From positions 1 to 64,000 of IMG/VR virus record IMGVR_UViG_3300034418_008897: a stretch of 64,000 nucleotides of DNA. One strand, 5' to 3'. Shown piece by piece: positions 39,998-50,150 of the stretch. This DNA is from a virus. The translations under genes and the position numbers were made by a program. Numbering within the stretch: position 1 is the stretch's first letter; every line of letters begins with the position of its first letter. The notes beneath the pieces were generated by a model. It was not told the DNA's origin and did no database searches. It worked only from the letters and a program-made list of their open reading frames with translations.

Positions 39998-40759
39998 TCA
40001 CGTAGTGCTTTGATTTACTTGAACATGTGTATTTAATCTAGGATCAGAACTGTTCTCTAAAATTAATTTTACAACTCTTTTGATAATTTCGTTGCAAACA
40101 TACTCTGGAAATTCTAATACCGCAGACGTATCTACTGGTACGTCTCTTTGACCTACAGTAAGATTAACTACTTCTGGTTTTTTTAAATAATCTAAACTTA
40201 CTTCAGTAATGTTAAATTTTTTACTGTCACCATAATAAAAAGTTAAATTAGGTAAAACAGAACCGGCAGAGCCATCTGTAAAATCATGAAATACTCTACT
40301 TGCACTTGGCTTTAAATAAGCATTGTTTATAATACCGTTTGCAGTATGACTATTTAATTTTTTAGATGGTTTAGTGTCTTCATGTCCTTTTGGGTAGCAT
40401 TTATAAGGGAATTTAGCAACTGTAGTTACGTTAGTTCCTACCATATGCCAATAATTATCAGGTGCTGGAAATTTAATAAAATCTGAACTATACCTTTTAC
40501 CTGTAGTAATGTTTAAAATTACTGCAGGGTTAGAAGAATAATAGCCTGTATTATTAGAAATAATAAAGGTATTAGGTACAATTAATGGGCTGATATCATC
40601 CGTTATTTGTTGGCTTACTTGAAATTTATTATATCTTTCATTTATATACTCTTGAATACCTTTATTAATAAAATAATTATAATCATCAAGATGTAAAGAA
40701 GGGGCTTTTGCCTTCCTTAATTCTCTTAATATATTTTCATAAGCCCCTTTTACAGTCAT
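39998..40759 (-). CDS. Tail ring protein (crAss type)
   Basis: ELRKAKAPSLHLDDYNYFINKG...LDYLKKP...EFPEYVCNEIIKRVVKLILENSSDPR. Confidence 0.7.
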   Translation of the reverse strand: MTVKGAYENILRELRKAKAPSLHLDDYNYFINKGIQEYINERYNKFQVSQQITDDISPLIVPNTFIISNNTGYYSSNPAVILNITTGKRYSSDFIKFPAPDNYWHMVGTNVTTVAKFPYKCYPKGHEDTKPSKKLNSHTANGIINNAYLKPSASRVFHDFTDGSAGSVLPNLTFYYGDSKKFNITEVSLDYLKKPEVVNLTVGQRDVPVDTSAVLEFPEYVCNEIIKRVVKLILENSSDPRLNTHVQVNQSTT

Positions 40760-40775
40760 TTTAATTACGTTTTAA

Positions 40776-41639
40776 TTATTTTCCCTCTTCTAATTTCTTT
40801 TTTCTTGCTTCTTGAGCTAATTCAATAGGAGTTTGTTTTTTCTCTGTAGTTGGTTTAGCTATAGCTTTTTTAGAATTATAATAATCAGGATCTACATCTC
40901 TTTCTAATAACTCTAAAATATCTTCATTTTGTTGTAAAAAAGCAATAGCTGACTCATCAGATAACCCTAAAATAGTAGTACCATATTTAATTACTCTTGT
41001 TTCTGGGTCTTCAATAATGAAACGTGCTTTTTTAGCTTTTAAATACAACAAATTAATTTTCATTGATTTATCTCTATAAATACGTTCAATAGTCTTAGGT
41101 TCTGTTTTTGCTTTTTCTAATAAAAACTCTTCAACAGTATCTGGATTTTCACCTTCCATATCAAAACCTAATAACAAAGCTCTATTAACATGGTTAGATC
41201 GAGGATCATTAATAACTAATTCCATAGCTTTAAAAATGTCCATTGACTTTTTGTTTTTAATCTGAGACTCTCTACCTTCGATATGAACATAGAATAAAGC
41301 TTTAGAAGATTGAGCTTCCTCAAAAGACATAGCTATTTCCGGACAATGCTTTAACCATTGCCATGTTATTTTATCTACTTCCGTATTTAAATCTAAAATC
41401 AAACCGTCTTTTAAAACTAATTTAGTATTTAAATGCGGGTCTACTTTATTACCCACTGTTACATAATATTCTCTGGCTTCTTTATCTCGATCAGATAATC
41501 TTTCTACACCAGCCCACCAGTTTGTCATAGGGTCATATGCTGGTTGTACAGTATGTTTAGTAGTTTTGTAAACCGCTTTAATTTCTATAACTCTATCTGT
41601 TACAGTTCCATTTTCTAATTGTTCAATTTCTGTTATCAT
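40776..41639 (-). CDS. Conserved crAss-like protein downstream of the MCP
   Basis: ILDLNTEVD...WQWLKHCPEIA, YGTTILGLSDESAIAFL; synteny. Confidence 0.6.
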   Translation of the reverse strand: MITEIEQLENGTVTDRVIEIKAVYKTTKHTVQPAYDPMTNWWAGVERLSDRDKEAREYYVTVGNKVDPHLNTKLVLKDGLILDLNTEVDKITWQWLKHCPEIAMSFEEAQSSKALFYVHIEGRESQIKNKKSMDIFKAMELVINDPRSNHVNRALLLGFDMEGENPDTVEEFLLEKAKTEPKTIERIYRDKSMKINLLYLKAKKARFIIEDPETRVIKYGTTILGLSDESAIAFLQQNEDILELLERDVDPDYYNSKKAIAKPTTEKKQTPIELAQEARKKKLEEGK

Positions 41640-41700
41640 ATTTACATATTTTATTATTATGGTATAATATACTTAATATTTTTTAAAAAATAAGGGGAAT

Positions 41701-41730
41701 AAAATAAAAAGGGCAGCCTAAGCTACCCTC
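41701..41730 (-). terminator. Intrinsic terminator after the MCP
   Basis: Minus strand AGGGTAGC-TTAG-GCTGCCCT followed by TTTTATTTT. Confidence 0.8.
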
Positions 41731-41756
41731 TTTTGTATTTTTTATTTCACTGTTAA

Positions 41757-43172
41757 TTAAGCGATTCTTGCTTCTTGTACAATGAAAGATTTGTAAGGAT
41801 TGAATACAACAGCTCCAGAGTATCCTAATAAGTGGTATTCTGAACCGTGAACTCCTGTAGAAACTTCTCCTGAAGTTTTTCCATCAGCTCCACCCATTCC
41901 ATGTAAGTTACCAGAAATCATTTCTGATCCTTCTAATGTGAACGTAGCAACGTTTGGACGTCCTGAAGATAAATCAGCACCAGTATCTAAGAAAATACCG
42001 TATCCACCTTCTGGGTACTCTTGAGAAAGTACTCTATCTGGCATAAAAGAGATAGTGTTTCCTTGGAAGTGGTAAGTATCAAACTCAGCACCAACTTTAA
42101 CTTTTCCACCAGCTGCTTTAGAGTAGAAGTATGCTCCATCTGCTGAAGATTGGAAACGTAATTCAGAACTCATCAATTTACCAACTTGGTCGTAGAAACG
42201 CTCGTTACAAATAACTGCGTAAATGTTTCCTGTTGGAGCATCAGATTTTTCACGCATAGTAGCTAATACGTCATCTAATACGTCGATAGTCAAGATAGAG
42301 TAAGAGAATTTATCACAGTATCTTTCGATTTGTGGAATAACTCCGTCTCCCATTGGAATATCGCGTCCATGATCATCTTGATCTAAACATTTACCGTTAA
42401 CATCGTAGTTAGTTTCAGAGAACAAACAGTTTTGCTCACGAGAAATTAAGAAAGTATCTAAACATTCTTTCTCTTTTTTATTCATCTTGTAATAAGAAGA
42501 AGAATCTTTACTATCTTTTCCAGTTTGGATATAAATATCTTCCATCATTGCGAAATCAGCTGACCAAGAAGTAGAAGCTCTTTGACGAGATAAGTAGTTA
42601 CGGTGAGTTTCAGTGTTAGAAATCCACTTAGTATAACCTCTTTCAGATAATTCTGGGTGGTAATTTGAACGATAACGAGTATCTTTACCAGCAGCAGCAT
42701 AAGCAGTGTTGATAGTCTTAGACATATCATTACCAACTAATACCACTTTGTATTCCCAACGAGATTGAGATAATTTCTTAGGAGTAGAAACAACGAATAA
42801 TTGTTGTTTATTATCCAATGTGAAAGTATCGTTTTTATCGTAGTATCTTTCAGCTAAGATAATAGACTCTACGTTTTTGTTAGCTCCATCTCCAGAAATA
42901 GAACCCACGATTCTTACTTTTTTAATAAAGTTTACGTCGATATTCCACTCAATAACCATAGAGTTAATTGGTGTGAAAGATCCTGAACCTTTTTTAGGGT
43001 TGTAATAAACGTTTTTTAACGCGTCTGTCAACGTAGCTAAAGCTAGTTGTTTGTACATAGTAACTACAGTACCTAATTTATGAGGCTTAGCTCCTAATAA
43101 AGTACCGAAATTTTGTACAGTTTTTGTGTCGCCTAGATGCTGAACGACTGAATTTCTGTCTACAATTTTCAT
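41757..43172 (-). CDS. Major capsid protein (crAss type, HK97 fold)
   Basis: 471 aa; RYRSNYHPELSERG, GRDIPMGDGVIPQIER, KVGAEFDTY..QGN; strong codon bias; downstream terminator; follows the scaffold gene. Confidence 0.88.
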   Translation of the reverse strand: MKIVDRNSVVQHLGDTKTVQNFGTLLGAKPHKLGTVVTMYKQLALATLTDALKNVYYNPKKGSGSFTPINSMVIEWNIDVNFIKKVRIVGSISGDGANKNVESIILAERYYDKNDTFTLDNKQQLFVVSTPKKLSQSRWEYKVVLVGNDMSKTINTAYAAAGKDTRYRSNYHPELSERGYTKWISNTETHRNYLSRQRASTSWSADFAMMEDIYIQTGKDSKDSSSYYKMNKKEKECLDTFLISREQNCLFSETNYDVNGKCLDQDDHGRDIPMGDGVIPQIERYCDKFSYSILTIDVLDDVLATMREKSDAPTGNIYAVICNERFYDQVGKLMSSELRFQSSADGAYFYSKAAGGKVKVGAEFDTYHFQGNTISFMPDRVLSQEYPEGGYGIFLDTGADLSSGRPNVATFTLEGSEMISGNLHGMGGADGKTSGEVSTGVHGSEYHLLGYSGAVVFNPYKSFIVQEARIA

Positions 43173-43266
43173 TTTGCTTTTGTTTTGTGGATGGTAGTGC
43201 CACCCTTTGTTTATAATTAATTAATACTTCCTTAAATTAAAAGATTTTTAAACTTTAAGGGAAAAT

Positions 43267-44433
43267 TTAAAAATCACTGTGTAAATCATCTAAATCTACA
43301 AAATTTTCTTTTCTAATAGGTTCTTCTTTACTAGACCCTGAAGTGCTATTGTTATTTATACTCCCACTTATTGGTCTAGAAGGCATACCATTTAAAGCTT
43401 CATTTTTACCGTTTTGATAAGCTTTAGCAATTTCTTTTTTATAATATTGTTCTAAATTGTCGAAATAAGCTTCTCCATTTTTATACATCCAAGCAGCTTT
43501 AAATAAAGTTTTAGGATCAGAAAAAACTTCTTCCATAAATAAAGAGTCTCCATATTCATTAGTCTCTAGTAAATCATGTAAGATATTATTTTTATCTTCA
43601 TCACTAACTTTAAAACCGGCAATATCGTTAATATCTTGTACTACGGTTACAATAGTAGACCTTTGTTCTTCCAACATATTATTGAACTCTTCTTGTTGTT
43701 GTAATTCTACGGTTCTATTAATTTCTTCTTGTTGTTTTGTAAATTGCTCTCTTAGGCGATTTACATTTTTTTCATACAATTTACTCTCTTTCTGCCTAGT
43801 AAGTTCTTCCGCTAAATCTTCTTCTGAAGCTTCTGGGTCACTTTCTTTTAGCCATCTCATCATAACTGCATCGTCAGCCATACTAGAAAAATCTGTAGAA
43901 TTAGATTCGTTAAAAGCTAAAATTTGCTCTACCCTTGCTTGTGCTAATGATTCAATAGATTGTTGTAGCGGTTGGTTTTGCTGTCTTAACCAGTTAATTA
44001 AACCTATTTCTTCTTCATCTAAACCATATCTAGACTCAATATCTGGAGAAGATGTAGCAGATAAATCTTGTAAAATATTGAATTTTTCTGATTCTGTTAA
44101 CTCATTGAAATGTTTAGCCTCACCATCTTCAAAGTTAATCATACCCCCTACAATCCCATACTTAGATAAAAATTGTTCAATACCTGGTGTATTATCATCT
44201 ACTTGAGACTCTCCTTCAGCTCCTATTTGGCTTCTGTCTGAACTTGTTTGGTCACTTTGACTATCTTTTTCATTGCTTGCACTAGTTTCAGAGGCACTTT
44301 GCCCTTCGGCTGTTTTTTCAGTTCCTTCTGTGCTTTCTGCATTTACTTCAGATGTAAATTGCGTTCCTTCTTGTGTTCCTTCTTGAGCGTCATCATCGTT
44401 ATGTAACGCGTCAAGGTTTAATTCTTCACTCAT
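43267..44433 (-). CDS. Acidic scaffold-like protein
   Basis: Very acidic, disordered N-terminus, coiled coil, SDPKTLFKAAW; immediately upstream of the MCP. Confidence 0.65.
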   Translation of the reverse strand: MSEELNLDALHNDDDAQEGTQEGTQFTSEVNAESTEGTEKTAEGQSASETSASNEKDSQSDQTSSDRSQIGAEGESQVDDNTPGIEQFLSKYGIVGGMINFEDGEAKHFNELTESEKFNILQDLSATSSPDIESRYGLDEEEIGLINWLRQQNQPLQQSIESLAQARVEQILAFNESNSTDFSSMADDAVMMRWLKESDPEASEEDLAEELTRQKESKLYEKNVNRLREQFTKQQEEINRTVELQQQEEFNNMLEEQRSTIVTVVQDINDIAGFKVSDEDKNNILHDLLETNEYGDSLFMEEVFSDPKTLFKAAWMYKNGEAYFDNLEQYYKKEIAKAYQNGKNEALNGMPSRPISGSINNNSTSGSSKEEPIRKENFVDLDDLHSDF

Positions 44434-44494
44434 ATTATCTTATTTATTTGTTATTAACTTTCTTATTATAAAGAAAAAATTTTAATCTTTCTAG

Positions 44495-44926
44495 TTAGTT
44501 TGTACTGTCACTAGCAACCCTTAAGTAAAATTTACCATTTATAATAGTTCCAAACCAAACTTGTTTCTTACCTGCTGTTACAGTATAAGAGTTTGTGGTA
44601 TTAGCCGGATCATCTAAAAATACATACTCAGGAGAAAAGTTAAAAACTTTGTCTAAAGTATTATTAGAATTATCTAAAACAAAACTATGTAAACTTCTAT
44701 TTTCAGCTTTAGTAGGATAAGTAAAACTTACCGGCAATCCATTACCTATAGGTGAAATATAATGTATATAAGAATGGTCATGCATTAGATTAGGAGTAAT
44801 AACTGAACTATTATCTGTGATTAATATCTGTCTGCTATCTGTGTCAGGTTTGTTAAAAATCTGCATAGCTCTAGGATTCCTAGTTGATTGTCCTAGTATA
44901 GTGTTATTTAATTGCGTGTTTGGCAT
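44495..44926 (-). CDS. Hypothetical structural protein
   Basis: ATG at 44926 (MPNTQ) avoids the overlap with the upstream gene; beta-rich. Confidence 0.5.
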   Translation of the reverse strand: MPNTQLNNTILGQSTRNPRAMQIFNKPDTDSRQILITDNSSVITPNLMHDHSYIHYISPIGNGLPVSFTYPTKAENRSLHSFVLDNSNNTLDKVFNFSPEYVFLDDPANTTNSYTVTAGKKQVWFGTIINGKFYLRVASDSTN

Positions 44927-44949
44927 AATATATTTATTTAAAATTTTCT

Positions 44950-45384
44950 TTATTGGTAAATTCCGCTGCCTGTATTCCAAGGACTACTACCTAAACTAGT
45001 CGGAGTTCCTGTTGGAGGTACGTAAGGACTTCTACCAGGAATTCCTGTGGGTGGTACGTAAGGACTTACTGTGGGTGGAGCAGGATTAACATGATAATTA
45101 GTTTTATCTATTGTTTTGTTTCTTACTTTTTTACAAGGGTTTTTATCTATGGCTTCTCTTAAGCACATTAATAAAGCCTCGTCTTCTCTAGGATTACTAT
45201 GATCGTTGTTTTCAAAATAATCAATAATCCCAGAAATAATTATAGCTTGAGCATATAATTTATCTAGATATTTAGAAGCCCCCATATAAGGTTCTTGCTG
45301 GGCTAAATTAAATTGTATATCCCCTAATAACAATCTACCATTTTCTATGGTATTAATATAATCATCTGTGTAATTTAATAGCAT
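44950..45384 (-). CDS. Hypothetical structural protein with Pro-rich repeat tail
   Basis: Helical N-terminal part; SPYVPPTG twice. Confidence 0.55.
   Translation of the reverse strand: MLLNYTDDYINTIENGRLLLGDIQFNLAQQEPYMGASKYLDKLYAQAIIISGIIDYFENNDHSNPREDEALLMCLREAIDKNPCKKVRNKTIDKTNYHVNPAPPTVSPYVPPTGIPGRSPYVPPTGTPTSLGSSPWNTGSGIYQ
45006..45067. repeat. Two-copy repeat, 36 bp period, encoding SPYVPPTG
   Basis: ttcctgttggaggtacgtaaggactt (45006) and ttcctgtgggtggtacgtaaggactt (45042). Confidence 0.8.
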
Positions 45385-45392
45385 AAATTTTA

Positions 45393-46472
45393 TTATTTAC
45401 AAGTACAACCATTATCATAAATACACATTTGGCATAAAGCCCTAGAACTTTCTAGGATACATTGTGCTTCATGATATATTTCAGAATTAAATTGGACATA
45501 AGCCCCTAATCTTTTTTGCATTAGTTTTTGATAATGTAAAATAGAAGATGACCCAAAAGAAGGATGCTCACAACAATTACATTGTTTTTTCAATTCTTCT
45601 AATATAGCTTTATTTAATTCAACAGTAACTAAATGTTGCGTTTCTATATAATATATAGGGTCCCCTGGTAATGTTGAGTCTGTATATCCTCTCATAAAAT
45701 CTAACCATTCTTCAAAGTTAGGATTAGGAGACCAATTTGTTGTATCTGGCATCATTAAACCAGGATTGTTGGGGTCTGGAACTAAAGAACCACCAGAGCC
45801 TGTGCGGTTAATGTAGAATTTACTTTGTGGTTCATAATAAACAATAGATCCTGTTGCAGCTCCATTTAAAACTGGGTCAACTACAGACCACTTTTTACAA
45901 GCAATAACATAACTAGTGTACCAACCGTCCAAGTAGATTCTATTATTTTCAACATTAGCTGGTAAAAATGAAGTTAAATGTGGCGCTCTATAAAAAGCTG
46001 TGTAAGCAGGTGTTCCTGGTGCAATATTAGCTTGAGCAGTTAAAAATTGTTTAACTACTGTAAAACCTTGGCTATAATCAAAAGGAAAATTAGCGTAATC
46101 AGCTGGATCTGTTAAATTTGCTAATTCTGGATTATAAGTAAATTCACTAGGTTTATAAGACCATTCATTTGAGTTATTATAACCAGGGATTTGATTTAAA
46201 TCGGCCTCTGCCCCTGATTCAATCAATACAGTTTCAACCATCTGACCTGTCGAACAGTTTTTACCATTATAAGTCAAAAAAGTTTTTTTCACCATATCAG
46301 TACCTATTTGATAAGGTAAAATGTTATAATCTAAGTTATAATCAACTAAGTTTAAAGTTTGGCTAGGCTCATCCCAAGTCAAACTTATGTTTTCCAATGT
46401 TGGATTGACCCTAAACACAGGATCCATTAAACCACCACTAGTTGCCAAAGATTCTACTACTCTAATATCCAT
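45393..46472 (-). CDS. Structural protein with Cys-rich C-terminus (possible tail hub)
   Basis: CNCC...C..C....GCTCK C-terminus; between portal and scaffold. Confidence 0.5.
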   Translation of the reverse strand: MDIRVVESLATSGGLMDPVFRVNPTLENISLTWDEPSQTLNLVDYNLDYNILPYQIGTDMVKKTFLTYNGKNCSTGQMVETVLIESGAEADLNQIPGYNNSNEWSYKPSEFTYNPELANLTDPADYANFPFDYSQGFTVVKQFLTAQANIAPGTPAYTAFYRAPHLTSFLPANVENNRIYLDGWYTSYVIACKKWSVVDPVLNGAATGSIVYYEPQSKFYINRTGSGGSLVPDPNNPGLMMPDTTNWSPNPNFEEWLDFMRGYTDSTLPGDPIYYIETQHLVTVELNKAILEELKKQCNCCEHPSFGSSSILHYQKLMQKRLGAYVQFNSEIYHEAQCILESSRALCQMCIYDNGCTCK

Positions 46473-46474
46473 AA

Positions 46475-47125
46475 TTATTCTATTGTTCTATATATAACAT
46501 CTTGTGCTTCATCATTTAAAATCCAGTTACCCACACCTTCTAATTTATAAGCGTAAGGCACTGTGCTTTTTTCTCTAGTTACAGTTTTATTACCATCTTT
46601 ATCTGTAGTAATTACAGTAACATATTTATAAATAGCATCTTTAAACTCTTTTGTTGGAGAGTTTTCTTCAAGTTCTATTTTTGGTTTTAATTCTTTAGAA
46701 GGAGAAATCTCAACAATAGATAAAGCCGCCCTCATTGGCATCTTATCTACTTTAGGCTTTTCTTTTTTAACTTCTTCAATTTTTGGAACAGAAGCTGCAA
46801 CAGTTTTTAAAACTACTTTTTTAGGTTGCTTTATATCTTCAAAACTGCTTATATTAAACGGTTGATTATTTTTAGCTTCTAACCTTTTAATAGCTGGTAC
46901 TATAACAGTAGCCTCATAAGATCTATTTTTTTCAGTATAATCTTGGTATGCTTTAACTTTTTCCTCTTGAGTATTTAAAGTTTTTAATTTAGATTCTAAT
47001 TCTTTAAAATAATTAAAAACTTTTGCGCTATCCGCTTCACTTTCTTTTAAGCCAGTTAAAGCTATGGGGTCTGTTGTGTAATAAACCCCGCTTGTACCAC
47101 TCTGATATTTTTTTAGTAGTGACAT
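46475..47125 (-). CDS. Tagged hypothetical protein (216 aa)
   Basis: Starts MSLLKKYQSG; abuts the portal stop. Confidence 0.6.
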   Translation of the reverse strand: MSLLKKYQSGTSGVYYTTDPIALTGLKESEADSAKVFNYFKELESKLKTLNTQEEKVKAYQDYTEKNRSYEATVIVPAIKRLEAKNNQPFNISSFEDIKQPKKVVLKTVAASVPKIEEVKKEKPKVDKMPMRAALSIVEISPSKELKPKIELEENSPTKEFKDAIYKYVTVITTDKDGNKTVTREKSTVPYAYKLEGVGNWILNDEAQDVIYRTIE

Positions 47126-49495
47126 TTATAAATTATTTTTTATTTCCCTTGCATTACCCGCTACATTTTCTGCATATAACTGCTCTCTTTCTAAACGAAC
47201 TACTTCTTTATCTTTCTCTACTTCAGCTGTAGCTGTTTTTTCATCTAAATCTAATCTTCTTTCGCTGATTTTAATTCGTTCTTCAGATTCTTTTTTACGA
47301 ATCTCCAGATCTTGCATTTTATATTCTCTATCTGATTTTTCAAGTTTTTCTTTTTCTTTTTGGGTTTTTTCTAGCTCTGTTTGCAATTGTTTAGCTTGCT
47401 CAGAAAGTTGCTCCAATTGTTGAGCCATTTGTTGCAGTTGATTATTCTCTTCTTTTTTCTTTTTAATACTTTCTGACAATAATAGATTAGCTTCTGTGAT
47501 AGAGTCAGTCATCATCAATTTCATCAATACCTCGTCTTCTATAGAGCCTTTACCTGCTAATTGAGGCGCAAGAGCGTTCAATTTTTCTAATTTTAAGTTT
47601 TCTTTACTAGAATTTACTAATTGAATATTGAAATCAGTAAACCTAAAGTTTTCTGGAGAAGCATTAAATAAAATGTTTCTATGGCCAACTATATAAGCTC
47701 CTTTCTTACCTTCTTTATAAGTAATTTTAGCTTGGTTTAATAAATCAATCAAAACAAATTTTCTACTATCAAAAACTAATTCAAATAAATCTTTTGTAAT
47801 TAAAGATGTTTGTTTAATACCAGTTTTAACATTTGTGACTGCATCTCTTTGTTCAGCAGCTGCATACATATATCTGTTTATACCTGTAACAATATCAGCT
47901 TGTGCTTGTATAGATTCTAAAACAACATTTAATTGTTGTATAATATTTCCATTTAAAGAACCTCTGAAATCCCCATAATGTTGGAATAAACCAGCTCCTT
48001 CTTCTGTTGGGTCGTATAATTCTAATCCTTGTTTACGGAAAGCTACAAATTTAAGTAATCTTTCCATAAAATCTTGCCCTAATACTTTTGGTATAGCAGC
48101 TAAATTAACACGAGAGCCATCTACACCTGCGTTAGCAATTAAATTATCTCTAAAGAAAGTAATTACATCATAAGAATTTTGTAAGTCTTCTAGAGACAAC
48201 GCTACTGAATATGGCCTAGTATTTCTATCGTTATAACCAACTCCATTTATAGATAAAGTAGTTTTCCAAGGCGCACTTATACTTCTAGGTGGATTTTTAC
48301 TCTTACCTAAATTTAAATAAATGTCCCAACCAATTCTAACTCCTTCATACCTATCTAACCTATAGCCTTTCTTATTAGGTTCGCCGTAACCAGCATCTTT
48401 TCCACCTCTGAGGTCTTTATCTAAAACTTCGCTGTAATATTTGCTCTTTTTTATGGTTTCTACTACTTGATAGCTTTCTTTATCTTCTCCCGCAATTTCT
48501 ACTTCATTGTTCGCTAACCATTCTACATGGTATACAGGTAAAGTATCCCACATAGAATTCAAATGTTGGTTGTAGGTAGTATTCGCAGCTAATTCATAAA
48601 TCCTATCCAACTGCCTTGGGTCCCTAATAACTTGAGCGCCTGATGAATCTGATTTACCGTATAAAATAGTTTTTTGTTCGTCAGTCATTACATGACCCCA
48701 TTTATTTAAAATAGCTGTTCTAGTCATATAAGTCCTGTGAACTACTGCAGTTACATTAGGTTCGTTTCCGTTAGATAAAAACTGAAAGTTTGTATTTTTA
48801 CTAAAAAATACATTTTCAGGTTTACATATTTCTAATTTTGGGTCTTCCCCTTCTCGGTCTATATAAGTTCTATAATAAGCTTCCCCCGTTATTAATAAAT
48901 CTAAAAGATATTGTTTTAGTTTTTGTTTTAAATCTATAGTAGGGTCTTGCTCAAAAAATTTAATTAAAGATTGAGCTGCAATTTCGTATTGAGAAACAAA
49001 ATCACTATTTAATGTTTTATTCAAATTTTCAATGAAGCTTTCTTCATAAGCTGTTTTAGGGCTTTCTTTACCGGCTTTTATTGCTTCTGTTGTATCTTTT
49101 TTAAATTGCTCTAACTTTTTTAATATTTCTTCGCTTTTCTTTTTCATCTTTTGCGCTTCTATATTATTTATAGTTTGAGCGTCATTCATAGAAATGCGAT
49201 AGGTATACTCTTCATCTAAGAATATACCTATTAATACATCTATTTTAGTTTTTACTAGAGGAGTCATTTTTACAGACATAGGAGTTTCTATGCCAAAAAC
49301 TTGCTCTAAATATGCAAATTCTTCTTTATCCCGCACACCATCATATAAATTTCTAGCTTTTCTGATGTGTTCTTTTTCTCTAACTAAAGCAGAAATATAA
49401 AAATCAACGCTTTGACTTAAATAGTCAAATTTTGATTTATCCTCTTCAGATATAGAAACATCTTCAATGTGGTAGTAACGTTGTATAAGACTCAT
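47126..49495 (-). CDS. Portal protein (crAss type)
   Basis: 789 aa; KARNLYDG.RD.EEF, TPLVKTKIDVLIG, DLLITGEAYY, EQRDAVTNV; C-terminal coiled-coil barrel. Confidence 0.88.
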   Translation of the reverse strand: MSLIQRYYHIEDVSISEEDKSKFDYLSQSVDFYISALVREKEHIRKARNLYDGVRDKEEFAYLEQVFGIETPMSVKMTPLVKTKIDVLIGIFLDEEYTYRISMNDAQTINNIEAQKMKKKSEEILKKLEQFKKDTTEAIKAGKESPKTAYEESFIENLNKTLNSDFVSQYEIAAQSLIKFFEQDPTIDLKQKLKQYLLDLLITGEAYYRTYIDREGEDPKLEICKPENVFFSKNTNFQFLSNGNEPNVTAVVHRTYMTRTAILNKWGHVMTDEQKTILYGKSDSSGAQVIRDPRQLDRIYELAANTTYNQHLNSMWDTLPVYHVEWLANNEVEIAGEDKESYQVVETIKKSKYYSEVLDKDLRGGKDAGYGEPNKKGYRLDRYEGVRIGWDIYLNLGKSKNPPRSISAPWKTTLSINGVGYNDRNTRPYSVALSLEDLQNSYDVITFFRDNLIANAGVDGSRVNLAAIPKVLGQDFMERLLKFVAFRKQGLELYDPTEEGAGLFQHYGDFRGSLNGNIIQQLNVVLESIQAQADIVTGINRYMYAAAEQRDAVTNVKTGIKQTSLITKDLFELVFDSRKFVLIDLLNQAKITYKEGKKGAYIVGHRNILFNASPENFRFTDFNIQLVNSSKENLKLEKLNALAPQLAGKGSIEDEVLMKLMMTDSITEANLLLSESIKKKKEENNQLQQMAQQLEQLSEQAKQLQTELEKTQKEKEKLEKSDREYKMQDLEIRKKESEERIKISERRLDLDEKTATAEVEKDKEVVRLEREQLYAENVAGNAREIKNNL

Positions 49496-49501
49496 CTTTT
49501 A

Positions 49502-50089
49502 TTATAATGTATATAAAATATCAAACTGATTAACTGTTTTCAATTTACAATCACTTTCATTTAGTATAAGATTTCCACAAAATGGATCAAAAGCTACAAC
49601 AGTGCCTTTTTTATATTTTTTAGCTTCTGGACCACAAGAAATAACTTCACCTTTTTGAGTTAAAGCTGATCTTGGATCTTCTTTACTATCATCATAAATA
49701 CCGTCTTTTACAAGACCTTCACCTATAATCTTAACTAAAATTCTATCACCTGTTGGTTTTACTGTTTCTTCTGTCATATTTTCAAAATTACTTGTTACTT
49801 TGGCCACTATATCATGACCTCTAATTATCTTACAGTATCCATCTGTAGTTGGAACTCCATAACCTGCAAACTGAGAAAAAATAATATTTTCTCCCTCTTT
49901 CAGTTCAGGACACTGGCTTTCTTCAGTTGCTTTATCTCCTAACTTTAAAGCACTACCGTAATAGTACTCAATATTACTTTTAGTAGCAACTGGACCAGAA
50001 CCAATATAGATTTCTCCATTTAAATTAGGTAATTCTGTTACTTCAGCTAAAACGTTAAACCCTTCTGGTTTAATTGTTAATTTCTCCAT
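49502..50089 (-). CDS. Co-chaperonin with two tandem GroES (Cpn10) domains
   Basis: IKPEGFNVLAE...LKEGENIIFSQFAG...IIRGHDIVAKV and VKPTGDRILVK...GEVISCGP...KKGTVVAF...VNQFDILYTL. Confidence 0.85.
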   Translation of the reverse strand: MEKLTIKPEGFNVLAEVTELPNLNGEIYIGSGPVATKSNIEYYYGSALKLGDKATEESQCPELKEGENIIFSQFAGYGVPTTDGYCKIIRGHDIVAKVTSNFENMTEETVKPTGDRILVKIIGEGLVKDGIYDDSKEDPRSALTQKGEVISCGPEAKKYKKGTVVAFDPFCGNLILNESDCKLKTVNQFDILYTL

Positions 50090-50150
50090 ATTGACTTATT
50101 TACATATTATAGAAGTATATTAACAATTAAAACATACAGTTTAAGGTAAA

